A DNA stretch of 64,000 nt from assembly GCF_963921235.1 (NCBI RefSeq), contig NC_086097.1:155374001-155438000 (forward strand), written 5' to 3'. The stretch's first letter is position 1; every line of letters begins with the position of its first letter. Below are positions 12,480 to 23,237 of this stretch, one piece after another. Below the pieces are notes generated by a model. That model did no database searches, was not told where the DNA came from, and saw nothing but the letters and a program-made list of their open reading frames with translations. Both the position numbers and the translations under genes were made by a program. Source of the stretch: Mobula hypostoma. Its lineage: Eukaryota.

Positions 12480-15400
12480 GGTTGGCCTGGTCTTGTTGAT
12501 ATAAGTTGGCTGGCCAGCAACATCTCTCACTTTAGCCCAGTTCTGGCAATAACTCTGTACCAGTTGGTTTTCTGATGGAAGCCTAACCTCCATTTCTTGT
12601 TCTGGGAACAGTAGAGGGCAATGCCGAAATTGGCATCTGAAAGGGGAATTGCTGACAGATGCATGCGGAAGTGTGTTATGTGTAAGCTGTACCCATATCA
12701 GGTTGTTACTCCACTTGGTAGGCTAGACATCTGAGTGTTGGCCCTGTCCGTTTGTCCATTGGTCTGTGGGTGGAACCTGGATGACAGCCTAGCAGAGGCC
12801 CCAGTAAGCTCAAAAAAGCCTTCCAAAGCCTAGAAACAAATTGGAGGTTGTGATCAGAGACAATGAGCTGGTGGAAGATGTGCTGTAACATGAGCTTGAT
12901 GGTCTTTGAAGCTGCTGGTAGTTTTGGAAGGGGTATAAAGTGGCAGTCTTTGGAGAATCAGTCTATAACCACCATGGTCACTCTATTAGCCAAGATGCCA
13001 GAAGATCAGTGACAAAGTCCATAGCTATGTGGGACCAAGGGTGCTTAGCAATGGGGAGCAGACATTGAAGTTATAGTATGCTCAGAGTTCTTTATTTTGT
13101 GTGAATGCTAAAATATATTTCCAGACATCTTTAGTTACACCTGGCGACCAGTAAAATCTCTTGATGAACTCTAGGGTATGAGCCACTCCTGACTGCCCAG
13201 CTGGCTTCGAAGCTTGTCCCTGGTTGAACACCTCCGAATGAACAGGTTTGGAATAAAGATACATCTGGGAGGACTATTACTTGGGTCTGCCCCATGTAGC
13301 TCTTATGTTCAACACAGAATCAAGTCTATGTTTCATCAGATGGGTTCCTCCACTCTCGAGCTTGGAATTATATTTGAAGGGTTCTCTTCCCCATTAGGTG
13401 CTTTGAACTGCTAAGAGAGGGTGTCTGGTTTTTTGATTTTTTTTTTGGATCCTAGGTGGTTAGTGATAAAGAGGTTGAACATATTAAAGGATAGGGAGAA
13501 TAGGGTCCAACATTCCTGCTTGGAATTCAGTCTTTTTGCATCTGGAGATAAGATAGATTTTTTGTGGTCAGCCCATACCACAAACAGATGTGTGGACCTC
13601 TCCAACCAGTACCTCCACTCATCCAGTGCCAGTTGAACGGACAGCAATTCCCAATTCCTAATGTCATAGTTTGTCTCTGCGGGAGAAAGATGTCTTGAGT
13701 AGAAGGCATGAGGATCCAGTTTGTGATCTGAGATGGGTTGTTGAGACAAGATTATCCCTCCTCCCATGTCTGATGCATCAGCCTCCACCTCAAAAGGTAA
13801 GTGCGGATCCAGTTGAACTAGGATAGGTGGAGTTGTGAATGTTTGTTTTATCTGCACAAAAGCCACCTTGGCCTCTGGGGTTCAGTGGAAGGTCCCAGAA
13901 GATGTTTTGGTGAGGTTGAGTGGTGCTGCTACTAAACTGAAATTGTAGATGGACCGCCTGTAAAGTTGGTAAAATCTAAAAACCGCTGGAGTTGTTTCAT
14001 AGAGGTGTGCTGCGGCCAGTTCCGCACTGCCTGGGTCTTATTGGGGTCCATTTGTAAGTTGCTGATTCCCAATGCAATAGTTTACCTCTGTGGGAGAAAG
14101 GACTCTTGAGTAGAAGGCTCAGTGATGCAGTTTGTGGTCTGAGGCAGGTCATTGGGACAAAACGCCCCTACTCCCATGAATGATGCATTGACCAGTTTCC
14201 TGAAAAGCAAGTCCGAGTCTAGTAGAATGAAGATAGGTGCAGACGTGAACTTTTCACTCCACAAAAGCCCCCTCAGCCTCTGGGGTCCAGCAGAAGGACT
14301 CAGCAGATTTCTTGTCATTGTTGGTGAGTGGTGCCGCCACTAAAATGAAATTGTGGATGAACCGTCTGTAAGAATTGGCAAAACCTAGAAACCACTGGGA
14401 TTGTTCATGGAGGTGGATTGCAGCCAACTATGAATAGACGAGGTTTTATCAGGATCCATTTGTAGCTTCCTATTAAATACAACAAAGCCTCGGAAGGAGA
14501 CCAGATTCATGAAATTTGCTCTTGTGTTTGATGAAAAGTTGATTCTTGAAAAATACGTGCTGGACACGTTCTTGAGTGGGGATGGTGATAAAATGAGTAT
14601 ATGTCGAGGTAGGCAAAGATGAAGTGGTGTAGCACCTCCTGGAGCATATGACTGAAGAAGGCTTAAAATGCCTCTGGACCTTTTGCCAACCTGAAAGGCA
14701 CGGCCCAGTATTCATCATGGCCCGTAGGTGTGTTGAGTACCACTTGTATTCATCTCATTCACTCATCCAGATTAGATTGAAGTTGCTATGGAGGTTCAAT
14801 TAGGTAAATATTCTAGCTCCCTGGAGAATCTCAGAGGCTACGTTCATGAGAGAGAGAGAGAGAGAGTACAGTGATCTCATTTAGTCTCTTGTAGTCTATG
14901 CAGGGACTTAGTCCAACATCCTCCTTGGTGATGAAGTAAAACCCATCCCTTGCAGGAGATGTGAACAGTTAAATAAACCCAGATGCCAATGCTTCTTGGA
15001 TGTAGTCCTCCATTGCTTCTCTCTTTGGAGCTGATCGAGAGTAGAACCTTCCCAGAGAAGAACAAGTACCCAGTACCAGATCAAAGGCACAGTCATAGTC
15101 CTGGTGAGGAGGTAGAGTGATGGCCTTTTTCTTGCTGAAGATCTCTGGAAATACTCTAGACATATCAGATTCACTGGGTATAGAGGCTCAACAAGTAATT
15201 TGGGAGGTAGGTATGTCAGAGGTTGTTCCACTTTAGAGGCTTTCTTTTTTCACTTTTTTTTTCTGGCCCAGAATGACGCCAGTAGTCCCATTGACTTTCA
15301 GGTTGTGGGATGTCAGTCAAGGATGACCCAGAATGAATGGTATTTCTGGGGAGAGAATGAAATGGAGCCGGATTGATTTCACAAACTGACCAATCTTGAG

Positions 15401-15950
15401 CTTGATCATGGATATTTGGTGGTTGATCTCTCCTGGCACCAAAGATCACCCATCCAGGGCTGTGGCAACAAGCTACTGGTTGAGATGCAAAACGGGGATT
15501 TTTAATCTCCTAGCCAGACTGAGGTCCAAAAAGTTTCCCATTCCACTGGAGTCAATAGAGGCATCTGAGGAGTGATTTAGGCTTCCCCATGAACCAGGGG
15601 TGAGGCTAGCAACTGTCAGTCCTCCCTACATAAGACAGTTCCAGAAGTTTGCCGGAAACTTGGGACAAAAGGTCTGATAATGTCTGGCCATTTCCACAGT
15701 CAATGCAGCACCTCTCCCCCCTCTCTATTTTGGCTTGAGAGATCCTGGTCCAGTCTGTTTGTTTAGGCTCCTTGGAGGCTGAGATTGGTAGCTGTCAAGG
15801 AGGAGTCCTAGCCTGGGAAATAGGAGAGGACGGAAAATGCTCGGGGCAAAGTCTCCTTCATCTATCCCTTTTCCTTTCCATCAATTGGTTATAGTGTTGA
15901 TTTGCCAGATCTGTAAGACTCCCTAGATCCTCCACTGGGTCTTGGGCTGC
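12480..15950 (-). mobile_element. Decayed Ty3/gypsy (sushi/Tf2-like) LTR retrotransposon internal region: gag, PR, RT, RH, IN
   Basis: Zinc-knuckle remnant near 15690; protease-like SIDSSG near 15550; LPPHQDYDCAFDL (14969-15163); RNase H FEVEADASDMG...NYDIRNWELL (13411-13866); integrase KRFYW and PWSHIAMDFVT near 13000-13200. Many frameshifts; no LTRs found. Confidence 0.88.
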
Positions 15951-16043
15951 AAGGACATGTAGTAGTTTCAGAATCAGGCTTATTATGAAGGACATAGAGG
16001 TGAAATTACTCTGAATTATGATATAAATAAAGAGTACAAAATT

Positions 16044-16570
16044 AAGAAAGGCTGTGCTGATGTTGGAGAGGGTACAGAGAAGATTCACCAGAATGATTCC
16101 AGGAATGACAGGGTTAACATATGAGGAACGTTTGTCCGCTCTTGGACTGTATTCCTTGGAGTTTAGAAGAATGAGGGGGGCCTCTTAGAAACATTTCGAA
16201 TGTGGAAGGGTATGGACAGAGTGGATGTGGCAAAATTGTTTCCCATGGTGGGGGAGTCTGGTACGAGAGGGCATGACTTAAGGATTGAAGGGCGCTCATT
16301 CAGAACAGAGATGCAAAGAAATTTTTTTAGCCAGAGGGTGGTGAATCTATGCAATTTGTTGCCACAGGCGGCAGTGGAGGCCAAATCATTGGGTGTATTT
16401 AAGGCAGAGATTGATGGGTATCTGAGTAGCCAGGGCATCAAAGGTTATGGTGAGAAGGCGGGGGAGTGGGACTAAATGGGAGAATGGATCAGCTCTTGAT
16501 AAAATAGAGGAGCAGACTTGATGGGCCGAATGGCTGACTTCTGCTCCTTTGTCTTATGGTCTTATGGTCT
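16044..16570 (+). mobile_element. Young CR1-clade LINE 3' fragment
   Basis: ORF2 C-terminus RNFFSQRVVNL...GYGEKAGEWD* and a tcttatgg repeat tail; highly similar to 57620-58345. Confidence 0.9.
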
Positions 16571-17293
16571 AAATGATTGTTCATGGGTTCATGGACCATT
16601 CAGAAATTTGAAGGTCAAGATGAAGAAGCAGTTTCTGAGTTGTTGAATGTGGTTTACAGGCTACTGAAGCTCCTCCCTGACGGTAGGAATGAGAAGAGGG
16701 CAGTTCCTGGATGGTCTTCCTGAGGCACGATGTGTTAGGAAACATAGAAAACATGGAAACGTAAGTTGATACAAATGACACATTTCAATGTGTGTGTTGA
16801 TGTTGTGATGTCGATGTGACAAATGAAGCTGATCATTTAATTCGCACAACTGCCAATGCTTTCCATGCACCCACCACTCTCTGTGTAAACATTTTATATC
16901 TGACATACCCCTATGCAGTACCCTCCTCCAATCATCTTCAAAAACTGCCCCCTTGCATTAGCCATTTCTGCGCTCTGTTTATCCACTCGATCAGTTTATC
17001 TCATATTATTCTGCATTGTTTTTGTGTACATTGTTTCAGTGTACTGTGTCATGATTTGAGCTGTATCAGCAGTATCAAAAACAAACCTTCCACTGTATCT
17101 TGGTCCATGTGACAATAATATACCAATACCATAGAGTTGCTTCCCGCCAGTGGGCACACTCGAGGCCTGGGTCCCCATGAACAAGGAGGAATTCTATGGA
17201 CATCACCTGTGAAGCAGAGTGCTTCATTATTGTCGCCTTGCTGTAGACAGAAGCTTGGTCTCTATGCCATCATGATGTGGTGTTTGATTCCAG

Positions 17294-17434
17294 GTCACTC
17301 CTTACCCCTTCATCCTGTTCCTGAGGAGTCAATGCAGCATAGAACAGGAGAAGGTCATGGTGCAGGTCATGGAATCTATCCTGGGAGACAAGATGCTCTA
17401 CAATACCTTGATCGGGAAGATGTCCTCACCTGAG
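17294..17434 (+). pseudogene. Inverted duplicate of PLC exon 8; open frame, intact splice sites
   Basis: VTPYPFILFLRSQCSIEQEKVMVQVMESILGDKMLYNTLIGKMSSPE; 13 of 141 nt differ from 39177-39037. Confidence 0.9.
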
Positions 17435-18524
17435 GTAAGGAGCGGAGTGGGCTTTATTCAAACAACAGGCACCAACCGGACAGGACCCTGCTGATGAGTA
17501 CATTTCTGTGGACCTTGTAACATCTGCCATCTCCCCATCCACCAAGATCATGTTGTGTCCGATTGGGAATCCTGCGGATGTACACTCGAGCTCTGCTGAG
17601 GACGGTCTCGGTCTGACACCTTTGCCTGGGCTGTTGAAGGTGGAGCACATCCCACCAACACTGGAAACGATGCAGAAATACTACTCATTGCTCCTGAGAT
17701 GGTAAGTCTATCTGAAGAAGGAAACGTTTCACAGGCTGGGAGAATGTGTGGATTCAGCAATGGCATGTCAAGAGGCTGCAAAACCAGATCCAGGTTGACT
17801 TGTCACACCTACGTTGAAATATATAATGAAATGCATTGTTTGTGTTCACAGCCAACACACCCAAGGATGTGCTGGGGTAGCCCACAGATGAAGTCACACA
17901 TTGCAGTGCCAACATACCTGCAGTGTGCCCAGAAACCTCGTTAAAACAACAGAGAACACAACAAAATAGAATAGATTGAGTGACAAAACAACAACAGTAA
18001 AACAAACCCTTTCCTCATTCTGTACACATCTCCCCACTGCCCCCCCCCCCCCGCCCGACAGGACAGGCCATCTCTGGCATCCAGCATCCAGTGGACCTGA
18101 ACTTGTAGACATTGAGCCTTTGCTGACTCAATCTTATAGAGGGGTATAAAGTCATGACAGGTATAGAAAGGGTCACTGCAGACACACCTTCTGTTTCCCT
18201 GTTTTGAGGAATCAAGAACTACAGGACATAGGGGAGAGGAAAGAGATTTAATAGGAACCTGACGGGAAAACCTTTTCACTCAGGGTGTCGTCATTACATG
18301 GAATGAGCCACCAGGTGAGGAGGTGAATACACAAGCAACATTTAAATGACACTTGGCAGCTATATGGACAGGAAAGGTCCCGAAGGATATAGGCGAAACA
18401 CTGGCAAGTAAATCTAAATGAGAATCTTCGTCAGCATGCATGAGTTGGGCTGAAAGGCCTGTTACCGTGCTGTATGACTCTATGCTCACTGATTGGTTGC
18501 TTCTTGGCCTTGTGATGGGTGTAG

Positions 18525-18666
18525 CAACTGAAGGGAAAGATGTTGGTGAATGTCCAGAGGGTAAATTAACTAGCAGATGAAATTGATGAGAACGAGGAGG
18601 ACTTGTATAGACATGAGGCTGCTGAAATGGAGGAAGGATGTAAGTAAGCAGAAGCTTAAAGAAAAG
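18525..18666 (+). pseudogene. Inverted duplicate of PLC exon 9; disabled
   Basis: QLKGKMLVNVQRVN* with an in-frame TAA at 18567-18569; 142 nt, so also a +1 frameshift. Homologous to 37985-37845. Confidence 0.88.
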
Positions 18667-19489
18667 GTGGGTCCCCTCTTCCTTCCTTCCTTCCAGTCCT
18701 GGTCAATTCATTCAGTCTCTCTCTTCCTTATTCATTCACCCAGTGACCCCACATTTTCTGACTTGCTCCATCATCCCCTCACTCACTCTCCCTCCTTCCC
18801 TCTCACATTCAATTCCTCCCTCACTGACTGCCTCCACACTCACTTATTCTCCCTTTCTTCACATATTCACTATCTCCCTCCTTCCTCTCAGCTTCACTCC
18901 CTCTTACTCACTTGCTCGCTCACCTCACCCATGCTAGCTCACTCCCTCATTCAACCTCTCCCCCTTCCGCACTCTCCTCTCATTCATTCACTCCCTCCCT
19001 CCTTCAGTCATTTAGATTCAGATTCCTTTATTTACCACATGTACAGAGAAACGTGGAGTGAAATGTGTTGGGTTCTGGTGTCCTCTGGAATGTGTCCCGA
19101 TACATCCTCATCCTCACTGGAATGCGTGGGTTTACTCTGGGCCCTCCGGTCACATGTCACTGGCTGGAGAACAAACATTTTAGGTTGGCATGATGCTTTT
19201 GTGTTAATATCCCTGTCGTACTTTCCAGAAGGAAACTTTTGAAAGAGGCAATTTGCTGCCTTCAACAGTCAGGGCATTGAGTTTGGGAGGTGGGATGTTT
19301 TATTGAAGATGAGCGTATTAGCCACATGTACATTGAAGGATACAGTAAAATGTCACGTTTTGCATCAAATGAAATCAGCAAAGATTTTGCAGGGCAGACC
19401 ACAAATGTTATCACACTTACAGTGCCAGCATAGAATGCCCACAGCTTATTAACCCTAATCTGTACTTGTATCTTTGGAATGTGAGAGGA

Positions 19490-21515
19490 ACATTTGCATG
19501 GAGTTCTGCATAGGTATGTTCCATTGAGGCAGGGAAAGGGTGGTAGAGTTAAAGAACCATGGTGTACAAAGTACATAGAAAATCTCGTTAAGAAGAAAAG
19601 AAAAGCTTACAACAGGTTCAAGAAACTAGGTACAGTTAGTGCTCTGGGAAATTACGAAGTTGCTAGGAAGGAGCTTAAGAATGGAATTGGGAGAGCCAGA
19701 AGGGGCCAAGAGAAGGCCTTGTTGAGCAGGACTAAGGAAAAGTATGTGAAGAGCAAGAGGATGAGCCATGTGAGAATAGGACCAATCAGGTGCGATAGTG
19801 GAAACATGTGCTTGGAGTCAGAGGAGGTAGCAGAGGTACTTAATGGATATTTTGCTTCAGTATTCACCGGTGAAAAAGACCTTGGTAATTGTGGGGATGA
19901 TTTACAGCAGGCTGAAATGCTTGAACATGTAGACATTAAGAAAGGGGACGTGCTGGAACTTTTGAAAAGCATTCAGTTACATAAGTCACCGGGACCAGAT
20001 GAGATGTACCCCAGACTACTGTAGGAAGCGAGGGAGGAGATTGCGGAACCTCTTGCTAGGATATTTGCATCATCAGTAGGGATGGGAGAAGTATTGGAGG
20101 ATTGAAGGGTTGCAAATGTTGTTCCCTTGTTCAAGAAAGGAGTAGAGATAACCCAGGAATTTATAGACCAGTGAGTCTGACCAGTGTTCGGCAAGATGTT
20201 GGAGAAGATCCTGAGAGGCAGGATTTATGAGCATTTGGAGAGAGATAATCTGATTAACGATAGCATAGCTTTGTCAAGGGCAGGTCGTGCCTTACGAGCC
20301 TGATTGAATTCTTTGAGGATGTAACAAAACACATTGATGAAGGTAGAGCAGTGGATGTAGTTTATATGGATTTCATTAAGGCATTTTAAAAGGTTCCCCA
20401 GGCAAAGCACCTTCACAAAGGAGGGAGGCATGGGCTGTAAGGAGACCTTGCCTTGTGGATCCAGAATTGGCTTTCCCACAGAAGGCAAAGGGTGGTTGTA
20501 GATGGTTCGTATTCTGCCTGGAGGTCGGTGACCGGTGGTGTTCCACAGGGATTTCTTCTGGGACTGTCCGCTTTGTGATTCTTATAAATGAGCTGGATGA
20601 AGAAGTAGAAGGGTAGGTAACTAAGTTTGCTGATGACACAAAAGTTGGGGGTGTTGTGGATCGTCTGGAGGGTTATCAGAGGTTACAGCAGGACATCAAT
20701 AGGATGCAGAACTAGGCTGAGAAGTGGCAGATGGACTTCAACTCAGATAAGTGTGAAATGGTTCATTTTGGTAGGTCCAATTTGAAGACAGAATATAAAA
20801 TAAATGGTAAGGCTCTTGGCAGTGTGGAGGATCTGAGAGATCTTGGGTCTGTGTCAATAGGACACTCAGCTGCTATGCAGGTTGACTGTGTGCTAAGGAT
20901 GCGTATGGTGTGTTGGCATTCATCAACCGTGGGATTCAGTTCAAGAGCCATGAGGTAATATTACGGCTATATAAGACCTTGGTTAGACCCCACTTGGAGT
21001 ACTGTGTTCAGTTCTGGTCACCTCACTACAGAAAGGATGTGGATACTTCAGAGAGAGTGCAGAGGAGACTTACAAGGATGTTGCCTGGATTGGTTGAGTG
21101 TACTTGGCCTTTTCACCTTGGAGCGACGGAGGATGAGAAGCACTCTGATAGAGGTGTATAAGATGATGAGGGGCATTGCTGGTGTGGAGAGCCAGAGGCT
21201 TTTTCCCAGGGTTGAAATGGCTAACACAAGTGGGCATAGTTTTAAGGTGCTTGGAAATAGGTACCCAGGGGATGTCAGGGGTAACTATTTCACACAGAGA
21301 GTCGTGGGTGCGTGGAATGCACTGCCGGGGATGGTGGTGTAAGCGGATACAATAGGGTCTTTTAAGAGCCTCTCAGATAGGTACATGGAGCTCCAGAAAA
21401 TAGAGGGTTATGCACAAGGGAAATTCAAGGCAGTCTCTGGAGTAGGTTACATGGTTGGCACAACATCGTGGGCCAAAGGGCTTGTAATGTGCTGTAAATT
21501 ACTCCATTCTATGAA
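19490..21515 (+). mobile_element. 5'-truncated CR1-clade LINE with decayed ORF2 reverse transcriptase
   Basis: KSPGPDEMYPRLL, aagtttgctgatgacaca (KFADDT), LYKTLVRPHLEYCVQFWSP; several stops and frameshifts; CR1-type 3' tail. Confidence 0.9.
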
Positions 21516-21518
21516 ACC

Positions 21519-21937
21519 CTTTTAAGTTGGCATGATGTTTTTGTGTTAATATCCATGCCGTACTTTCCAGAAGGAAACTTTTGAAAGAGGCAATTTGCCT
21601 TCATCAGTCAGGGCATTGAGTTGGAGGTGGGATGCTTTATTGAAGATGAGTGTATTAGTCACATGTACATTGAAGGATACAGTAAAATGTCACGTTTTGC
21701 ATCAAATGAAATAGCAAAGATTTTGCAGGGCAGACCACAAATGTTATCACACTTCCAGTGCCAGCATAGAATGCCCACAGCTCATTAACCCTAACCCGTA
21801 CGTTTATCTTTGGAATGTGAGAGGAAACATTTGTATGGAGTTCTGCATAGGTATGTTCTATTGAGGCAGGGAAAGGGTGGTAGAGTTAAAGAACCATGGT
21901 GTGCAAAGTATGTAGAAAATCTCGTTAAGAAGAAAAG
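21519..21937 (+). repeat. Direct repeat of about 420 bp, copy of 19178-19600
   Basis: Near-identical text from gttggcatgat to ctcgttaagaagaaaag at both places; includes the first ~110 bp of the adjacent CR1. Confidence 0.9.
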
Positions 21938-22797
21938 CCTACGGCAGATTCTTACGATTACAGAGAAGAGGAATCAGAAGTTCCGCATGTATAAACCCTT
22001 TCACTTCCGGGATCATTCCTGTGTACCATGTCTGGACCCTCACAAATGTCATCATATCCTGGCTCAGATCAGGGGCCCCAAACTGTTCACAATACTTCAA
22101 ATGTGATCTGACCAATGCCTTATGAATTCTCTGCATTACATCCTAGACCTCTCCTCTCCACTCCAAATGAGTACTAACATTGCATTTGACTTCCATACCA
22201 CTGACAGAGCGCAATAGCTCGGTGAGAACTAACTCCGTCACATACAAACAGGGAGGGTGATTATCACACATCTTGGATATGTTCAGGGTGGCAGACAATC
22301 TCACAAGCGAATAACCTGCGCTAAAATATGATAATAAGTGAACGTGAACATCTCACCATAATTTTACTGAACATACACACCACGAATGCATTTTCAAAAC
22401 AAGAGCAATAAGTAGCAGTGGATATTGTTTACTTGGATTTTCAGAACACCTTTGAAATGGTGCTGCATGGACTGCTTAACAAGGTAATGGCCCATGATAT
22501 TACTGCAAAAATACCAGCATGAGCGGATGGGCAGAAGGCACAGTAGGAATAAAGGGAGCCTTTTTCTGATGGGCTGCCGGTGACTGGTGGTGTTCTGCAG
22601 GGGGTGGTGTTGGAACCACTTCTTCTTACAGGGTACATCTTTCTTGACATGTGCTGACTGGAAGAATGCACAATCCTCAAGCTGTGATGTACGCCAGTGC
22701 TCTGCACAATTCCAAAATAAACTTTCCCATTTTAACCTCCCTATATCTCTATCTCCCAAAGAAGACAAGGATAAGTGGTGAGTGTGGTAAAATTATT

Positions 22798-22803
22798 TTT
22801 AAT
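22798..22803 (-). terminator. Candidate polyadenylation signal (ATTAAA) of the PLC-delta-like gene
   Basis: ATTAAA hexamer about 350 nt after the stop, followed by T/GT-containing sequence. Not verifiable without transcripts. Confidence 0.35.
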
Positions 22804-23154
22804 TAACATGTAGAGAGTATCTCACAATGTTCGCCATCAATCAGCTCCTGACTTGGTGAGTAATCCCTTCTCTGTCCTCTGACCAGTGTTAAATGTGAAC
22901 ACATGCGGATAATGGAAAGGTCAGTAAGTACATTTGAGCTCCATTCTCAGGCCCCAGAAACAACCCCAATCCCCTTCTCTCTTATCTCCCACTCTATTTC
23001 CCCCTCCCCCCTCCCACTTCCCTGTTCTTTCTTTCAATCTACCCCAACCCAATCCAGCTGTCCCTCTGTCCTTCTCTAGCTGCTCAAGAGGACTCTCTGT
23101 TCCAGCTCCTGGTGAGTCAGGAATCCCAGCGGAGGAGATCATGGCGGTGAGGAT

Positions 23155-23237
23155 TCAGTCGATCCTGATGTTGACGAAGAGTGAGGCTGCGGGCAGGGGG
23201 TCGCCTTTTGCTGACAGAAGGTGGATGTGGCGGTACC
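23155..23237 (-). CDS. PLCD1-like: PLC-delta-like terminal coding exon 15
   Basis: GYRHIHLLSAKGDPLPAASLFVNIRID-TGA; acceptor attctcag|. Confidence 0.94.

Larger units (their letters stand above)
16015..19490 (+). repeat. Left arm of an inverted segmental duplication; right arm about 36922-40890
   Basis: Colinear reverse-complement similarity across introns, embedded repeats and both exons: 16770-17290 vs 39715-39180, 18670-19490 vs 37840-36922, and 16575-16710 vs 40860-40730. Confidence 0.9.

Noticed and set aside
17137..17433. Paired 98-aa ORFs (also 39038-39334) suggesting a novel duplicated small gene
   Set aside because: They are off-frame overlaps of PLC exon 8 plus intron; the similarity is explained by the inverted duplication.
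18577..19242. 221-aa ORF
   Set aside because: It runs from the frameshifted exon 9 copy through a CT-rich low-complexity tract, so the lack of stops is compositional.
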